DNA of 64,000 bases from Mobula hypostoma (Eukaryota), in the NCBI RefSeq assembly GCF_963921235.1, contig NC_086097.1:41542001-41606000 (forward strand), given 5' to 3'. A program made the translations under genes and the position numbers. Positions 24,024-36,904 of the stretch are shown piece after piece. Position 1 is the stretch's first letter. Each line of letters begins with the position of its first letter. A model generated the notes under the pieces. That model was not told the DNA's origin and ran no database searches. It saw nothing but the letters and a program-made list of their open reading frames with translations.

Positions 24024-25055
24024 GCGCCTCTTCCTATAGATGCTGCTTGGCCTGCTGCGTTCACCAGCAACTTTGATGTGTGTTGTTTGGTGTTTATAAA
24101 GATGGTCTCATTGCCAAAAGCAAGTGCTGGCTTTATTCCCAGTTATAAAAGAAAATACCTGCCTTGCATGAATATTTAATTAACTGTGCTCTATTTTGAA
24201 TAGTGCCCATTTAATTCACGATATCCACGATTACTGAAAGCAAGATTTACATACATAAGGACACATACACATAGCTTTGAACTCCCACTATCTTCAGTTT
24301 AACGCAGAGTAAAATCAAAACAATCCAGCACTTACAGTTATGGAAAAGAAGCTTCAAACTTAACTTGTTCTTGAATTTTCTAATAATATAGCATCAAAAG
24401 ATAAAAAGGCAGCAATTACATTCATTGTGTTGAAATCACTTCGTATTTATTCACCCACCTTCAGTTTACAGATCCCAGAAGGCAAGTTAATTTGCCTAGT
24501 CTGTATCAAAGCTGATGCTTGTCTATAACACTGAGTATCTATTTTGATAAGAAATCTCCTGATACTTCTAAACTCCAAAGAATACAGATCTAAATTATTT
24601 AGTCATCCATAATAGAATAGCAAAATGAATCTCTTCTGGACTTCCTCCAGTGCTTGTATATTTTTCTTAAATAGGGAACCAAAAATATGCAGAATTCTGT
24701 AGGTGTAGCCCAAGGAAAACCCTGTACAATCGCAACAATAATTCTTCATTTATAAACTCCATAAACTAGCAGTGAAAACCAGTTTACTCTTTTCCTTCTT
24801 AATTGTTTGTTGTATCTGCATGCTAACCTTTTGTGCTCCATACAGAGGAACACCTAGATCCACCTGTAATCCACTTATTTTGATACCACTTATCAAAGTA
24901 TAAGACCTTACACTTTCTCGCATTAAGTTCTACTTGTCATTTTATGCCCTCTCCCTCAACTTAGCTATATCATATTACAGAGTGCGAAGATCTCATCATA
25001 GCATGCCATCCCACCCATTTTTGTACCATCATAAAACTTGGATACCTTACACTCT

Positions 25056-25185
25056 CAAACAAGAGAAAATTTGCAGATGCTGGAAATCCAAGCAACACAC
25101 ACAAAATGTTGGAGGAACTCAGCAGGCCAGCAGCATCTATGGAAAAGAATAAACAGTCGATGTTTCCAGTCAAGACCCTTCATCA
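25056..25185 (-). mobile_element. Penelope-like 3'-end copy (sister subfamily) starting at the hammerhead core, 16-bp TSD
   Basis: TSD GGATACCTTACACTCT at 25040-25055 and 25186-25201. Minus strand begins (CC)TGATGAAGGGTCTTGACTGGAAACATCGACT. Confidence 0.88.
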
Positions 25186-27270
25186 GGATACCTTACACTC
25201 TGTTCCACTCCTCAAGATCATTAATATAGGTAGTCACAGCTGATGGCCAAGAACTGATCCTTGGGGCTCTCCATCAGTTATATCTTTACAGTCTGAAATC
25301 AAGCCCATTAATTCTTACTCTCTATGTGATCATCAGTCTTTAATCCATGATGATAGACTTCACTCAATGGAGTTTCCTTATTTCCACTCAAACTAATTCT
25401 ATGTTGTGGGCGTCTGTCCCATAACATGTCTCACCACTACATTGAAGCCTTCCTGGTTTGGCTGCTGTTTACCTATTCACTCAGAACATTAAAAAGTCTA
25501 GAAAACTGGTCAGCATGCAAGTATAGCTCTATAATTAGATGTATTATAGATGAGTTGATTGTACAAATAGAAACAAATGTATGTGATTTATTGAATCAGA
25601 TACATTTGTTTTTATTGGTGTTGTCAATCCAGCTATTTTACCACAAATGCTGTGTGAATTCAGATAGGGAGCTTTAAAGTGAGACATTTTATAATAGCTA
25701 TTTAGCATGGTTCCAATTTCTACTGCAAGCTTATGTTTAGATTTTGTGTCCCTTTCATTCACCCCTTTGCCCTATCATCTCTCTCTTTACCTGAAATAGC
25801 CCCACCAATTGATTTAAAGCCCTGTCTATAATCCTGGTTATGTGATCCACCAAGGATCTAGTGAGGAAATCTCATGAATTGAAAAAGATCTCTCCCAGGC
25901 TTGTCTCTGAACCACATATTTATCTCACATTCCCAGTCTTACTTTCCCTCTAGTAATTTATCTGCGTCTTAGGTAATAATATGGAAATTATAATCTTTGT
26001 GGTTCTGCAATTTTGACTGACCTCCTTATAATCCCTATAAAATCTCCTCCCTAGTTCAACATACATGTGTCATTAGCAACCAATGGTAACTCACTCTGAC
26101 CTTTCCCACTCCAAGTTCCTCTCCAGGTCAGAGGAGATCTTGTTAACCCTGGTAATGGGCATGCAACCTGGCCTTCAAGACTCTGCCTGACGCTTGGATT
26201 ACAGCTCATCAACTCCAAACTGAGATTCTTCAAACGGCTGACACTTAATACAGATATGGTGACTATGAATCAATGGGGTTCACCAGTTCCCATACATTGT
26301 AATTACCACGTATTGTCTACCTAGCCATCTCTGTTCCAGTTAGTGAATTAGTCTGGGATTTAATTATTTTGAATGTGCACTCCTTAGCTGTCCTGGTGTC
26401 TTCTGATTTAAAACTCTTGGCCAATCAATAGAGGGTGTGATCTTTGCCTTCTTACGCTTTTCTACATTTTAGTTTGATAGGGTTTGTTTCGTACAACTGT
26501 GAAAAGATGGAAATTTATTTCAGTCTTGAAATAACTCTTCACAAAATACTCACTTATTCCTTTGCAAAAATTCATCTGTTTTAAACTGCTCTTTCTCTAC
26601 TTAACATTCATGAAGCTAGCTGCTAATATTTATATTAGCTATTGCATCCTGTTTCATCTAGTGCAGTTGCAAAGCACAAAGTTTCCTGTATTTTGAGCTC
26701 TCTGCATTGAGGAGCTTCTTAACTCTTGAAGGACATGTAATTGTGCCTCTGGGGAAAAGGATGCCCATCCAAAGCTTTTGATGAACTAATTTCAAGAGAT
26801 AAATGAGCATAAATTATAGTTATGGGGTAATATACAGTAAGCAGACAAGACAGATATTTGCAGTATCAGCAGGGCTGCACTTTATAATATGTTGGAGATC
26901 AACTGATGACATTTCTGTTCTTCCTTCATTTGGAAGTAAGGACACATGAAGTAGAGCTGGAGGAATTCTCTCAGGTCTCTGAGCTGGCTGTGTTGTGATC
27001 ATTCACCTCATTGCCCATCAAGAATTCATGTTAAATGCCCCTGCTTTTGAATACAATATGTTTATCTTTGACACAGATTACGGTCGTGTGAAATTGTGGA
27101 ATTAGGGGAAGATGAGGCTTCCCTCGCAGTTCACTGAGGAGCAGTTCTGCTCCTCCTGACCAGCAAAGAAACAAATAAAGGGGTACATTTCTTCACGTTT
27201 AAATTTCTACTTTCATTTTAACCTAAAAATGTATGAACTGGCACAAAAACCTTGGGTTAAGATTACAACT

Positions 27271-27523
27271 AACACAAAATGCTGGAGGAACTCATCAGGT
27301 GTGGCAGCATCCATGGAGAGGAATAAAGAGGCAACAGATTGGGCTGAGACACTTCATCGGGACTGATTGTCTTTCTTTGCTGGCCAGTCCCAACGAAAGC
27401 TCTTGGCTCAAAACATCAACTCTTTATTCCTCTCCATCGTGCTGCCTGACCTGTTGTGTTCCTCCTGCAGTTGGTGTGAGTAATTCTGGATTTCCAACAT
27501 CAGCAGTATCTCTTGTTTTTACA
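27271..27523 (+). mobile_element. Older Penelope-like mini-palindrome with 9-bp TSD
   Basis: TSD ATTACAACT at 27262-27270 and 27524-27532. Diverged arms ~27271-27365 and ~27385-27478, then tail ggatttccaacatcagcag. Confidence 0.8.
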
Positions 27524-28171
27524 ATTACAACTGGTGGATTAAATTAAGTCCCTTCAGCTTTTCGTCTGCTTCCATATCTCCCTCAGATTATGGTGTCTGG
27601 TCTCTGGGTGGCTCTCCTGCTACATTTAAACTACTCCATCTCCCTCTCCTGCACTATTTGTTCTAGTTTTCAGCGAGGAAGTCATTTAAAATTGATCCTT
27701 ATTCTTACAACTTTTCTGAGGTAATTTGGAATGGTAGCCCATACAATGAAAGTTTGAAAACTGTAGGTACTATAAAATTGAGACAAGTGAAAGGATGCTG
27801 ACTCATTATGGATGGTACTTAAGGTAAGAGTGACTGCTGAAAATTCTATAATTTGCTCCCAGGTTATTTATAAAGCTAAAGAAAACATTTGAGCTGAATT
27901 CAATGTAATCGTCAAATAAATTAATGAATTTTAATACTGTTGAACATCAGTGAAAGGGGAAGTTAGAATAAAAGACTACACAGGCCACTTCTGATATTTA
28001 AGCCAAATCAAAGCTGAGTGCATATAGAGGGTACAGGAGTGCTGTAGTGGGGTATGCTTCTCATTCAGTGCCTCAGTTTACGGTTTTAATTTACTAGGGG
28101 TTCATTAACCTTGTGTCAGATAGACATTCAGGTTGAACTTCAAAGCTAATACAACTAGACAGTTACCATTC

Positions 28172-28295
28172 ACAAACAAGAGAAAGTCTGCTGACGCTGG
28201 AAATCCAAGCACTACACATAAAATCCTGGGGCCACTCAGCAGGCCAGGCAGCATCTATGGAAAAGAGTTCAGTTGACGTTTCGGGCCGAAACATC
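28172..28295 (-). mobile_element. Penelope-like 3'-end fragment
   Basis: caaacaagagaaagtctgctgacgctggaaatccaagc...gttgacgtttcgggccgaaac, homologous to 25056-25185. Confidence 0.8.
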
Positions 28296-28953
28296 GACAA
28301 TTGTCCTCATCCGTCCAACTTTGAGAATGGCTAGGTCGAATAATAGCATTTTCCCTGTGCATGTGGGGAAATATTAAAACACTCCTGATTTTCTGAATGG
28401 ATATTGGAGTAACATATACAGTAACTAATACTGAGCAACAAATACAAATTGCATCAGATTTAGTCAAATTCGTACCTCATTCAGGCATTGATTTTCAGGC
28501 ACTGAATCATTTTTCTTTCACTGGAGTAGTTTTTAATCGGCTGTAAGGCATAAATGTCTAATCCTGCCAGTAGTGAACAAGACATTTTAGTTCACACAAA
28601 ATATAATAGACATGCCATTAGAGTGTGTAATTGCCCTAGAGTGTACTGTTTCTTTACAGTGTGCCTTGACAGCAAGGTGCTATTGCATTGATTGATATTG
28701 GTTAGTTCAGAAGTACTCAGCCTGAAACACTACTTTCACACAAGTCACGCCAGATGTTTTCAGAGGTCAAGTTAAATTGATTAAGTGTCTATTTGATTTG
28801 TAGGCAGAGCAGTAAAAATAATTTCCTTCAAAGGATGGTCACGTTTTAAGGATCCAAGGCAGCCCGTTTGATAAAATAACATTACAAAACAACAAATGGG
28901 CTGAGAGGTGTTCACTCACAGTCTCTGTATTTTTATATAAAGGTTCTTTTATG

Positions 28954-29530
28954 TGTAACACTTGCTTTGCCTAGTGGCATGATCTCGGGGGTGATAACCC
29001 CCTGCCCGGCCAAACTTTAGAAATCTCGTTTGGGTGGGTGCTGCGTGATGTGTCCCCTGTTCCAAATCAGTACCCAGAAATAACAAACAGTACACAATAT
29101 GCGGTTAAACAATTAATATTTTATAATTCTTACTTTGACTATGTGGTTAGTAGAGAAACAAAATATAAAATAAAAGGACGCCAGTTTTATTAAACAGTTC
29201 GTGCACAAATCGTTCGAGTTCACTCAGCAAGATCTTCCTTCCGCCATTCGATCTCCTCTGAGTGTCGGCGACCCCCGGACTCCCGCCAGAGTCCCACCCA
29301 GTCGGGCAACCCACTGCTCTCCTCAGCTCTCGTCTCCTCTCTTCATTCCCCTCACACCTTCTGGCAGGAGCCCGCAAAACCAGCAGCTTTCAGACACACA
29401 AGCAAGAATAACATCTCTCCCATTGGCTAGCCACTGAATTCTTAAGTCCCATTATCTAGTCAGAACCCAAACATTTGTGCTACAGAGAACCCAATACCTC
29501 AGCAGTTAACATTACAGAGAAGCCATTACA
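28954..29530 (-). mobile_element. Solo LTR (577 bp)
   Basis: Termini TGTAA...TTACA; 4-bp TSD TATG at 28950-28953 and 29531-29534; CpG retained. Strand is tentative, from a minus-strand AATAAA near 29187-29192. Confidence 0.85.
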
Positions 29531-29661
29531 TATGTAAAGTACCAAAAATGAGGATACTGCACTATAATTTGTTGGCTTCATATCTGGAAGCATCATGTGA
29601 AGTGAAGTTGAGTCTGTTGAGTATTTGGTAATTATCTGAATTACTCCTTTTTCTCTTGCAG

Positions 29662-29820
29662 GTTACTACATGTATATAGAAACTTCTCGTCCTCGAAAGG
29701 AAGGCGAAAAGGCTCGGCTACTGAGTCCTATTTTCAGTACACTGCCTAAAAATCCATATGGTTCGACGAACAGCGCTTACTGTGTGAGCTTCTACTATAA
29801 CATGTATGGAAAGCACATAG
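29662..29820 (+). CDS. MDGA2: Internal coding exon (159 bp, phase 1-1) of an MDGA-family protein, MAM domain
   Basis: Polypyrimidine tract and AG (ctcctttttctcttgcag) end at 29661; donor GTTAGT at 29821. Translation (G)[52 protein letters not shown](G) has MAM motifs YMYIETS, ARLLSP, CxSFYYxMYG and the MDGA2-type PKNPYG insert. MDGA2 vs MDGA1 is from recalled sequences and less certain than the family call. Confidence 0.9.
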
Positions 29821-32749
29821 GTTAGTTTTAGAAAACAAGTAATTATTTCCTCTTTTCGAACAAGAACTTCAAGTATTTTCCCTAACTTCAATGTGTATCT
29901 CTTTGCCCAATTGATTGCAAAAGCAGGGTCAGTAACAGCTTAAATAAGAGATAAAATTAAAATCAGCAGCATTCCTATGTTTTTTAATAAGCTCAAGCAA
30001 TATTTTCTTATGAGGCTTGTTAATGTTTAATTAGGTTAATACAATATGATTATCCAGAACTCCAGGCTGGTTTAATGATTTCATGCACAGGTGATCTGTG
30101 CATTAAGGCAGTTCAGTTAATGGTGGTACACTCTCACAGAATTCACAAATCAAAAGATGTGGATGTGGAATAAATATTCCCTCTTATGAAATTGGTGTGA
30201 AAAAATAAAAACAAAATTGATCTTTTTCAGCTCTTGCTTCATGCAGCAAATCACAATACGAACAGTTTTATTGAAACATAACCCACACCCACCTCTTCCG
30301 TTCTACAATGTTGGGGTCATCTGCATAGAGAGAGTGAGAATGCCAACAACATCTGCTTTCATTATCTTAAATTGTTTTCTGTAAACCTTTTGCATGCAAG
30401 TAGATAGCCTGAAAATGTTTTCTAAAATAAATATGAAAGAATTTTTTGTTAACCGTTCGCCAGCTCATCAGTACCTGTGAAATATAAGTAGACCAAGAGA
30501 GAAGGATGCCCATGTAGAGGATCACAGTAACACAGAGGAACCATTGCAGTGGAGCATGGTGGGAGGCAAGGAGTATGGTGGCAAAAGAATATCCAAATGT
30601 GTGAGTTAGAGAGAAAAAGGTGGAAGGCATGAGTGAAGCCAAAGGAAGTGAATTTGTGGCATGTGGAGGTGACATTAACAGCTCAGGAGTTGGAGGCAGG
30701 CTTGAGGAGGCTTGTCAAAGGAAGAGGTTGTAGTGCTAGTACCAACAGCACAACCTTTTAAAGAGGGAAAAGGGAGGAGAGAAGAAACTAGGTATCTCAT
30801 GGGGACATGAAGAAAGTAGAACCTGCGGAGGGAAGAGGAAAATGATTAATAATCAGGTGAGTGGAAAGCAGAAATGGAGCCAAAACTGTTGGGAAGAAAT
30901 AGGAAGAAGACTGGGATTACAGAGAGAGGATAGAACACTGTTAAACCTAGTATATCAAACTGAGGTTTAATTAATTGAAGTCAAATGCTTTATGAATTTA
31001 ATGACAATTTAAAAGAGAAAGACAACACCAGATAATTAAATTAGTAAGTTAATGAGAAAGTTAAACTGGCCTGGTGAACTGATAGGTCTGTTAACATTTG
31101 AAAGACCCGGGCTTCATTTGAAGAACTGAAGATAAGACTTGGAAGGCCAATCAACAGGGATGGAATGTTGCACACTCTTTATCAGTTTAATCTATGGCTT
31201 CCTACGGGCCTAGTGAAAGTGATGCTAGTGAGCAAGAGCTATAGAGTCATACAGCAGAGAAATGGGCCTTTTGGCTAGCTATCTTGTACCCATCTTTATT
31301 AATCCTTTTTACCAGCACTTTGCCTTCTATATGCCTTGGTGATTCTAGATACTTGTTAAGTGTTGCAAAGAAAACCTGCCTCCTACTTTTCCTCGGGCTG
31401 TAGCTGAAACTGTATTTCATAGTAACACTGTACTTCGGGTTCCTTTGGAGGTTGAAGTACGCTAATTTATACCAATTTTGGCTATTTCAATGCTACTTTC
31501 ATAGTACCAGCTAATGGTGCAATATTATTTGAATAATGGTACAGGAGTGTGTGTTATTGTTGGATAGTGTACCTGAGCGACTATTGAATAAAACAATAGG
31601 TTCTCCAAGGAATCAGGAAGGGTTTCTCAAGGAAGTAACAAATAGCTGTAGCTTGCTGTGTCTTACAGAACTTCATTATTTGGAAAGGCTGGATTGGGAA
31701 GTTTCTGGGGCAATGGTTTCTGAAAGGAACTGCCATTTCTGAGGATAGCTCAGGTCTTCAAAACACACAATTTCAAAGCAATATTCTCTTTGCTCAGTGG
31801 CCTGTCATTATCATTTTATCCTACAACTTTCTGGCTAATGCTCATGTCTATTTCAGGGCCCAAACAAGAATATCGTATCATACAAATTGCATTAAATTTG
31901 AACTATCTGGCTGGCCTGACATGAGCATCCAATCAAAATACTGCAATCAATAAAATATTCCTTTATGTCAGCATCATAATGTCCATAAAGATAACACTAG
32001 CTGAGATTCTGCACCTTTATAGGGAACTCTACCAGAGACATAGGCCATCACAGTTTATTACTATGGGGAACTCTATCGGACACACTTTCCACAACACTAT
32101 ACCTCCTCTGAACATCTAACATGTCTTTGTTCAGTCTTCCACACCACTTCTTCCTTGATGTAATCAGGGGTCTAATTTTAGAAGGAGTAATTGGATTATC
32201 CTGTTTTCCCAGATCTCATAAATCTAATGTAGCCCTAATTGGATAGTTACTTTATTTTGTGAGAGAGCATTGTTGGTTTACCTCTCAGCAGCCTGGTGAA
32301 TGGTTTTGCATCCAATTACGCAGTCCAATCAGTGGAGAATAGGCCTGAAGCTTGACATGTGCACAGTTCATTGAACTGCAGACAACAGGAGGCTACAGGG
32401 TAGCAACCACGAGGCTTGACAGTGTGCGTTGTCCTATGGAGGTCTAAAGAAAACTGAATTATGCTCTGCACTGATGACATTTATTATATGTGACAGGAGG
32501 TCAACGTTTTCTACCTTTGTGAATGCAGCCTACCTGGTACATAGCTCTTATCAGTTGGAGTTTCTCAAAGTTCTCTGTAATTTCAGAAAACAATACGTTA
32601 GAACTCTAAGGTAGATTGAAAAACATATTTTTCCATCTCCCATCCCAGCCTGAGACAAAGGTGACCATTTAATTGTCTGGACTGGTTCAAACATGTATCT
32701 ATATTAGTCAGCTGAAAGCTGGACCAGTTTGGCCGGCCTTGTCCTACAA

Positions 32750-33160
32750 ACTTGTATAGTGAGATTGGGCAGGGAAGGTTTGTTTTCCCTGGAGAAAAGG
32801 AAGCCGAGGGATGACAAGATAGAGGAAAATAAAGTTATGAGAGACATAGAACAGATTGTCAGAATTGTTTACCCATTATAGGGGTATCGAAAACAAGAGG
32901 GCAGAGGTTTAAGGTGAGAGGAAGGAGCATTGAAAGAGATTTCACGGGAAAGGTTTTTACACGTTGACTGGTTGAAGTCCAGAACTCACTGGCAGAGAAG
33001 GTGGCGGAATCTTATGTTGAAGGGGCATTTAGACATGCGTTTGAATAAGAAATGTATGCAGATACAGTCCTGATGCAGGAAAATGAGATTAGAATAGAAG
33101 GGTAAAAAGACTGGCAGGAACAAGATGGACTGAAGGACCTGTTTCTGTGTTATACGACTG
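32750..33160 (+). mobile_element. CR1 3' end (decayed)
   Basis: acaagaggggcagaggtttaaggtgagagg and 3' ggactgaaggacctgtttctgtgtt motifs. Confidence 0.75.
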
Positions 33161-35086
33161 ACTTCAATAAAGCTTTTGCTTTACAACAACTTTTTAACTG
33201 GGAATGATGCTAAATCATGAAGTCTTGAAAATGGGTGTTCTAAGGGTCACTGAAAACCAAATGAAGCTTTCATTAACAATGTTTATCTGTGTTGCAACCC
33301 ATCATCATTCCCCATCTTTGTAAAGATAATCTGTTTTGTATTTGGTTCTCATCAAATTACGCGTGTATAGTACTGTCCAACTTCCACCAAAAGTATGATG
33401 TTAATGAAAATCAGGATTGAATGCTGGTTGTGTAAAGTCAGAACTTCTCCGTGAATCTGGAAATGAGTGCAAAACAGCATTGAACAATGTGCTGTGCATG
33501 TCTCAATGTGTTCCAGCAATCTGTGAAGCCCGCTGTTTGATTTAAAGGGGATTTTCTTCAGTAGATCCCGGGCTAATGCTGGGAATCCAACTCCTGTGAT
33601 CAGTTTAGGCAAGTTATTCCTTGCAGAATCCTTCGGGCCTACCATCTATTCCACCACCAAGTCCAACCTCAGACCCAGGTCTACTTTTGGCTCCCCTAAG
33701 CTCACAGCTTCCACCCAGCACCTCCAGCCACATATCTCCCAACCTGATAGCCCCGTCCACCATTACTCTGTTCGATGTGGTGACTGGGAGAGGCAGCATT
33801 CAGCCATTTTAGACAAAGCTGTCAGAAGCATAGTAATTATGCTCAGGGAAGGAGGATGATTGTCAGCTGTTTATATGAGCTGAGGGAGAGTCTCCCATGT
33901 TTGGGTCCTTACTGAGAAGTGAAGAACCGAACAGGATCAAAAAGCCCGCAGTTGTAAATAAAAATGCTCCTCTTGTACTTATTCTTCTCTCTCAGCAGAA
34001 TTTGCCTCTGCATTTCGCGGCCAGCTCATTTGACATTTGGAACTAATCAGGAACTGAGCCCACAGCAGCTGTTATTCTGATAGCAGGCGGACAGAAAAGT
34101 AGATCCTTTGGGCTCAGCACAAGCTGCTGATTATGTACGTGGCATCATTATCTGATGTGATTTGAAAGCGGTGCATCTTCGATATTAAATAATCTACCCA
34201 TTGTAGCTCCACCTCCTGGGGAACTAAAAGGATGCTGAACTTCCCCCTCTGTGACTTAGAGATTAATTATGTCTGTTGATGTGAAGTATCAATTCCAAGT
34301 GTAAATAGGGAAGAGGATTTGTTTTCCAGGCTAAGGTTATGCCACGAAGAAGTTGTGATCAGGTAAATACTGTAATCACCCGTAAAATGAGCACAAAGGG
34401 GGACCCTAAATAACATTAGATGCAGCACCACATATCAAATCACATCTACAACATTCATATTTCACATCATTTCTATGTTGCACCAGCTGGTTCTCAATTA
34501 TGAGTGGAGCATTAGAACTATTTACTATGAATAATGATGTTAAAAAGGACCAAAGGCAAGTGTCGTCCAACCTTGGCAAACCAGTGACTTAGAGACATTT
34601 TGTTTGGCCAGGCAAGTGCAAATGCAGATTTCTTCTGATTTAAATTGAAGGAGGGTAAGCTACAGTTGCAAAGAATTTTAAATGCACACCAATTGCACAG
34701 CATCTGGAAAGGGATTTTATTTTTTTTCCGACTCTATTTCTGCTGACTTTCAGCAAGTTGCATTGTTTAACAGCAGCAGTTCTGCATTAAATTTATGCAG
34801 CATGGAAATGGGCCTTTCAGGTCCACTCAACCATGCCAACCAAGCTGACTATCTGAGCTAATCCCATCTGCCTGCGTTTGGCTTATAATCCTGTAAACTT
34901 TTCCTATCCATGTTCCTGTCTAGATGCAATTTATACATTGTAATTGTACTCATCTCTACCATTTTATCTGGCATTTCTTTCCATATACCCACCACCCTCT
35001 CTGTGGAAAAAGTTGCACCTCAGGTACCCTTTAAATCCTTCCCCTCTCACCTTATGTCTATGGCCTCGGGTTTTAGACACCCATGC

Positions 35087-36149
35087 CATAGAAACCATAG
35101 AAACTACAGCACAGAAACAGGCCTTTTGGCCCTTCTTGGCTGTGCCAAACCATTTTCTGCCTAGTCCCACTGACCTGCACACGGACCATATTCCTCCATA
35201 CACCTCCCATCCATGTATCTGTCCAATTTATTCTTAAATGTTAAAAAAGAAACCGCATTTACCACCTCATCTGGCAGCTCATTCCATACTCCCACCACTC
35301 TCTGTGTGAAGAAGCCCCCCCCAATGTTCCCTTTAAACTTTTCCCTCCTCACCCTTAACCCATGTCCTCTGGTTTTTTTCTCCCCTTGCCTCAGTGGAAA
35401 AAGCCTACTTGCATTCACTCTATCTATACCCGTCATAATTTTATATACCTCTATCAAATCTCCCCTCATTCTTCTACGCTCCAGGGAATAAAGTCCTAAC
35501 CTATTCAACCTTTCTCTGTAACTGAGTTTCTCAAGTCCTGGAAACAACCTTGTAAACCTTCTCTGCACTCTTTCAACCTTATTTATATCCTTCCTGTAAT
35601 TTGGTGACCAAAACTGAACACAATACTCCAGATTCGGCCTCACCAATGCCTTATACAACCTCATCATAACATTCCAGTTCTTATACTCAATACCTCGATT
35701 AATAAAGGCCAATGTACCAAAAGCTCTCTTTACGACCCTATCTACCTGTGACGCCACTTTTAGGGAATTTTATATCTGTATTCCCAGATCCCTCTGTTCC
35801 ACTGCACTCCTCAGTGCCTTACCATTAACCCTGTATGTTCTACCTTGGTTTGTCCTTCCAATGTACAATACCTCATACTTGTCTGCATTAAACTCCATCT
35901 GCCATTTTTCAGCCCATTTTTCCAGCTGGTCCAAGTCCTTCTGCAGGCTCTGAAAACCTTCCTCGCTATCTACTACACCTCCAATCTTTGTATCATCAGC
36001 AAATTTGCTGATCCAATTTACCACATTACCATCCAGATCATTGATATAGATGACAAATAACAATGGACCCAGCACTGATCCCTGTGGCACACCACTAGTC
36101 ACAGGCCTCCACTCGGAGAAGCAATTCTCTACTACCACTCTTTGGCTTC
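35087..36149 (-). mobile_element. Young 5'-truncated CR1 nested in an older CR1 3' end (~34790-36295)
   Basis: ORFs 35770-36174 and 35161-35757 nearly intact (GVPQGSVLGP, KFADD, RPNLEYCVQFW). (CCATAGAAA)2 tail; TGCC at both junctions. Confidence 0.92.
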
Positions 36150-36904
36150 TGCCCTGAGGAAAAGACTGTAGCACCTCTGTGCTTCATGGTCTTATATCAA
36201 TCCTTAGCCACCTCTGCATGACAGAAAAAAAAAGCAACAGCTTATTCTGTCTGTCCTTGTAACCCAAGCCCTCCAGACTTGGTAGCATTCTTGCATTTAA
36301 ATCTCTCCATTCATATGTGAGAAACAAAGGTTATAATACCATCTAGTGAGGATTCACAGGAAAGAAAGTGGCTACAAAGTTTTGGTCAGGTATTCAGATC
36401 CTTTGTGATTGACAGGTGTAGCAACACAGTTTTCTCAGGTACTGCAAAAGTATTTGACTGCAGTGTTATTAGGAGTGTTTATGATTATGATCTTGCTTTA
36501 TCATGCTGCAAACATTTCTGTAAGTGTATTTGTCAAGATGTCCACAAAAAGCAGAACAACTCCAGATGAGCTAATTATCTCCCAATGATTCAATCATCAG
36601 CAAAGTGATGCAAGATGTTTTGACATTGCCTTCACACCAGTAATATGTGCACTGATACTCATTTTGGCAGGATTACTCAGCTCAGTACAGCCTTGGTCTA
36701 AACATGTCCTCAAAGAACTGAATCCCAAAGATGTAGTGGCATCAACTAGTTTTTGAACATTTGTGATATGAAGGAGCCCTGATAAATCTCATATTGGTGG
36801 GGATCAAGGGAATGTGTTCCAATGAGTGGAAGATATTTGTGGTTGCTGAAGGCCAAGCTTCGCAGTCCTGTGACATTATCACAGGGATTTCTCAGGGTTC
36901 TACA

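Larger units (their letters stand above)
21834..24085. mobile_element. Penelope-like element (GIY-YIG) inserted as a 2.25-kb inverted repeat with 14-bp TSD
   Basis: TSD TTTGGTGTTTATAA at 21820-21833 and 24086-24099. Arms 21872-22942 and 23015-24085 are reverse complements. Spacer 72 nt; unpaired tail 21834-21871. Confidence 0.95.
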
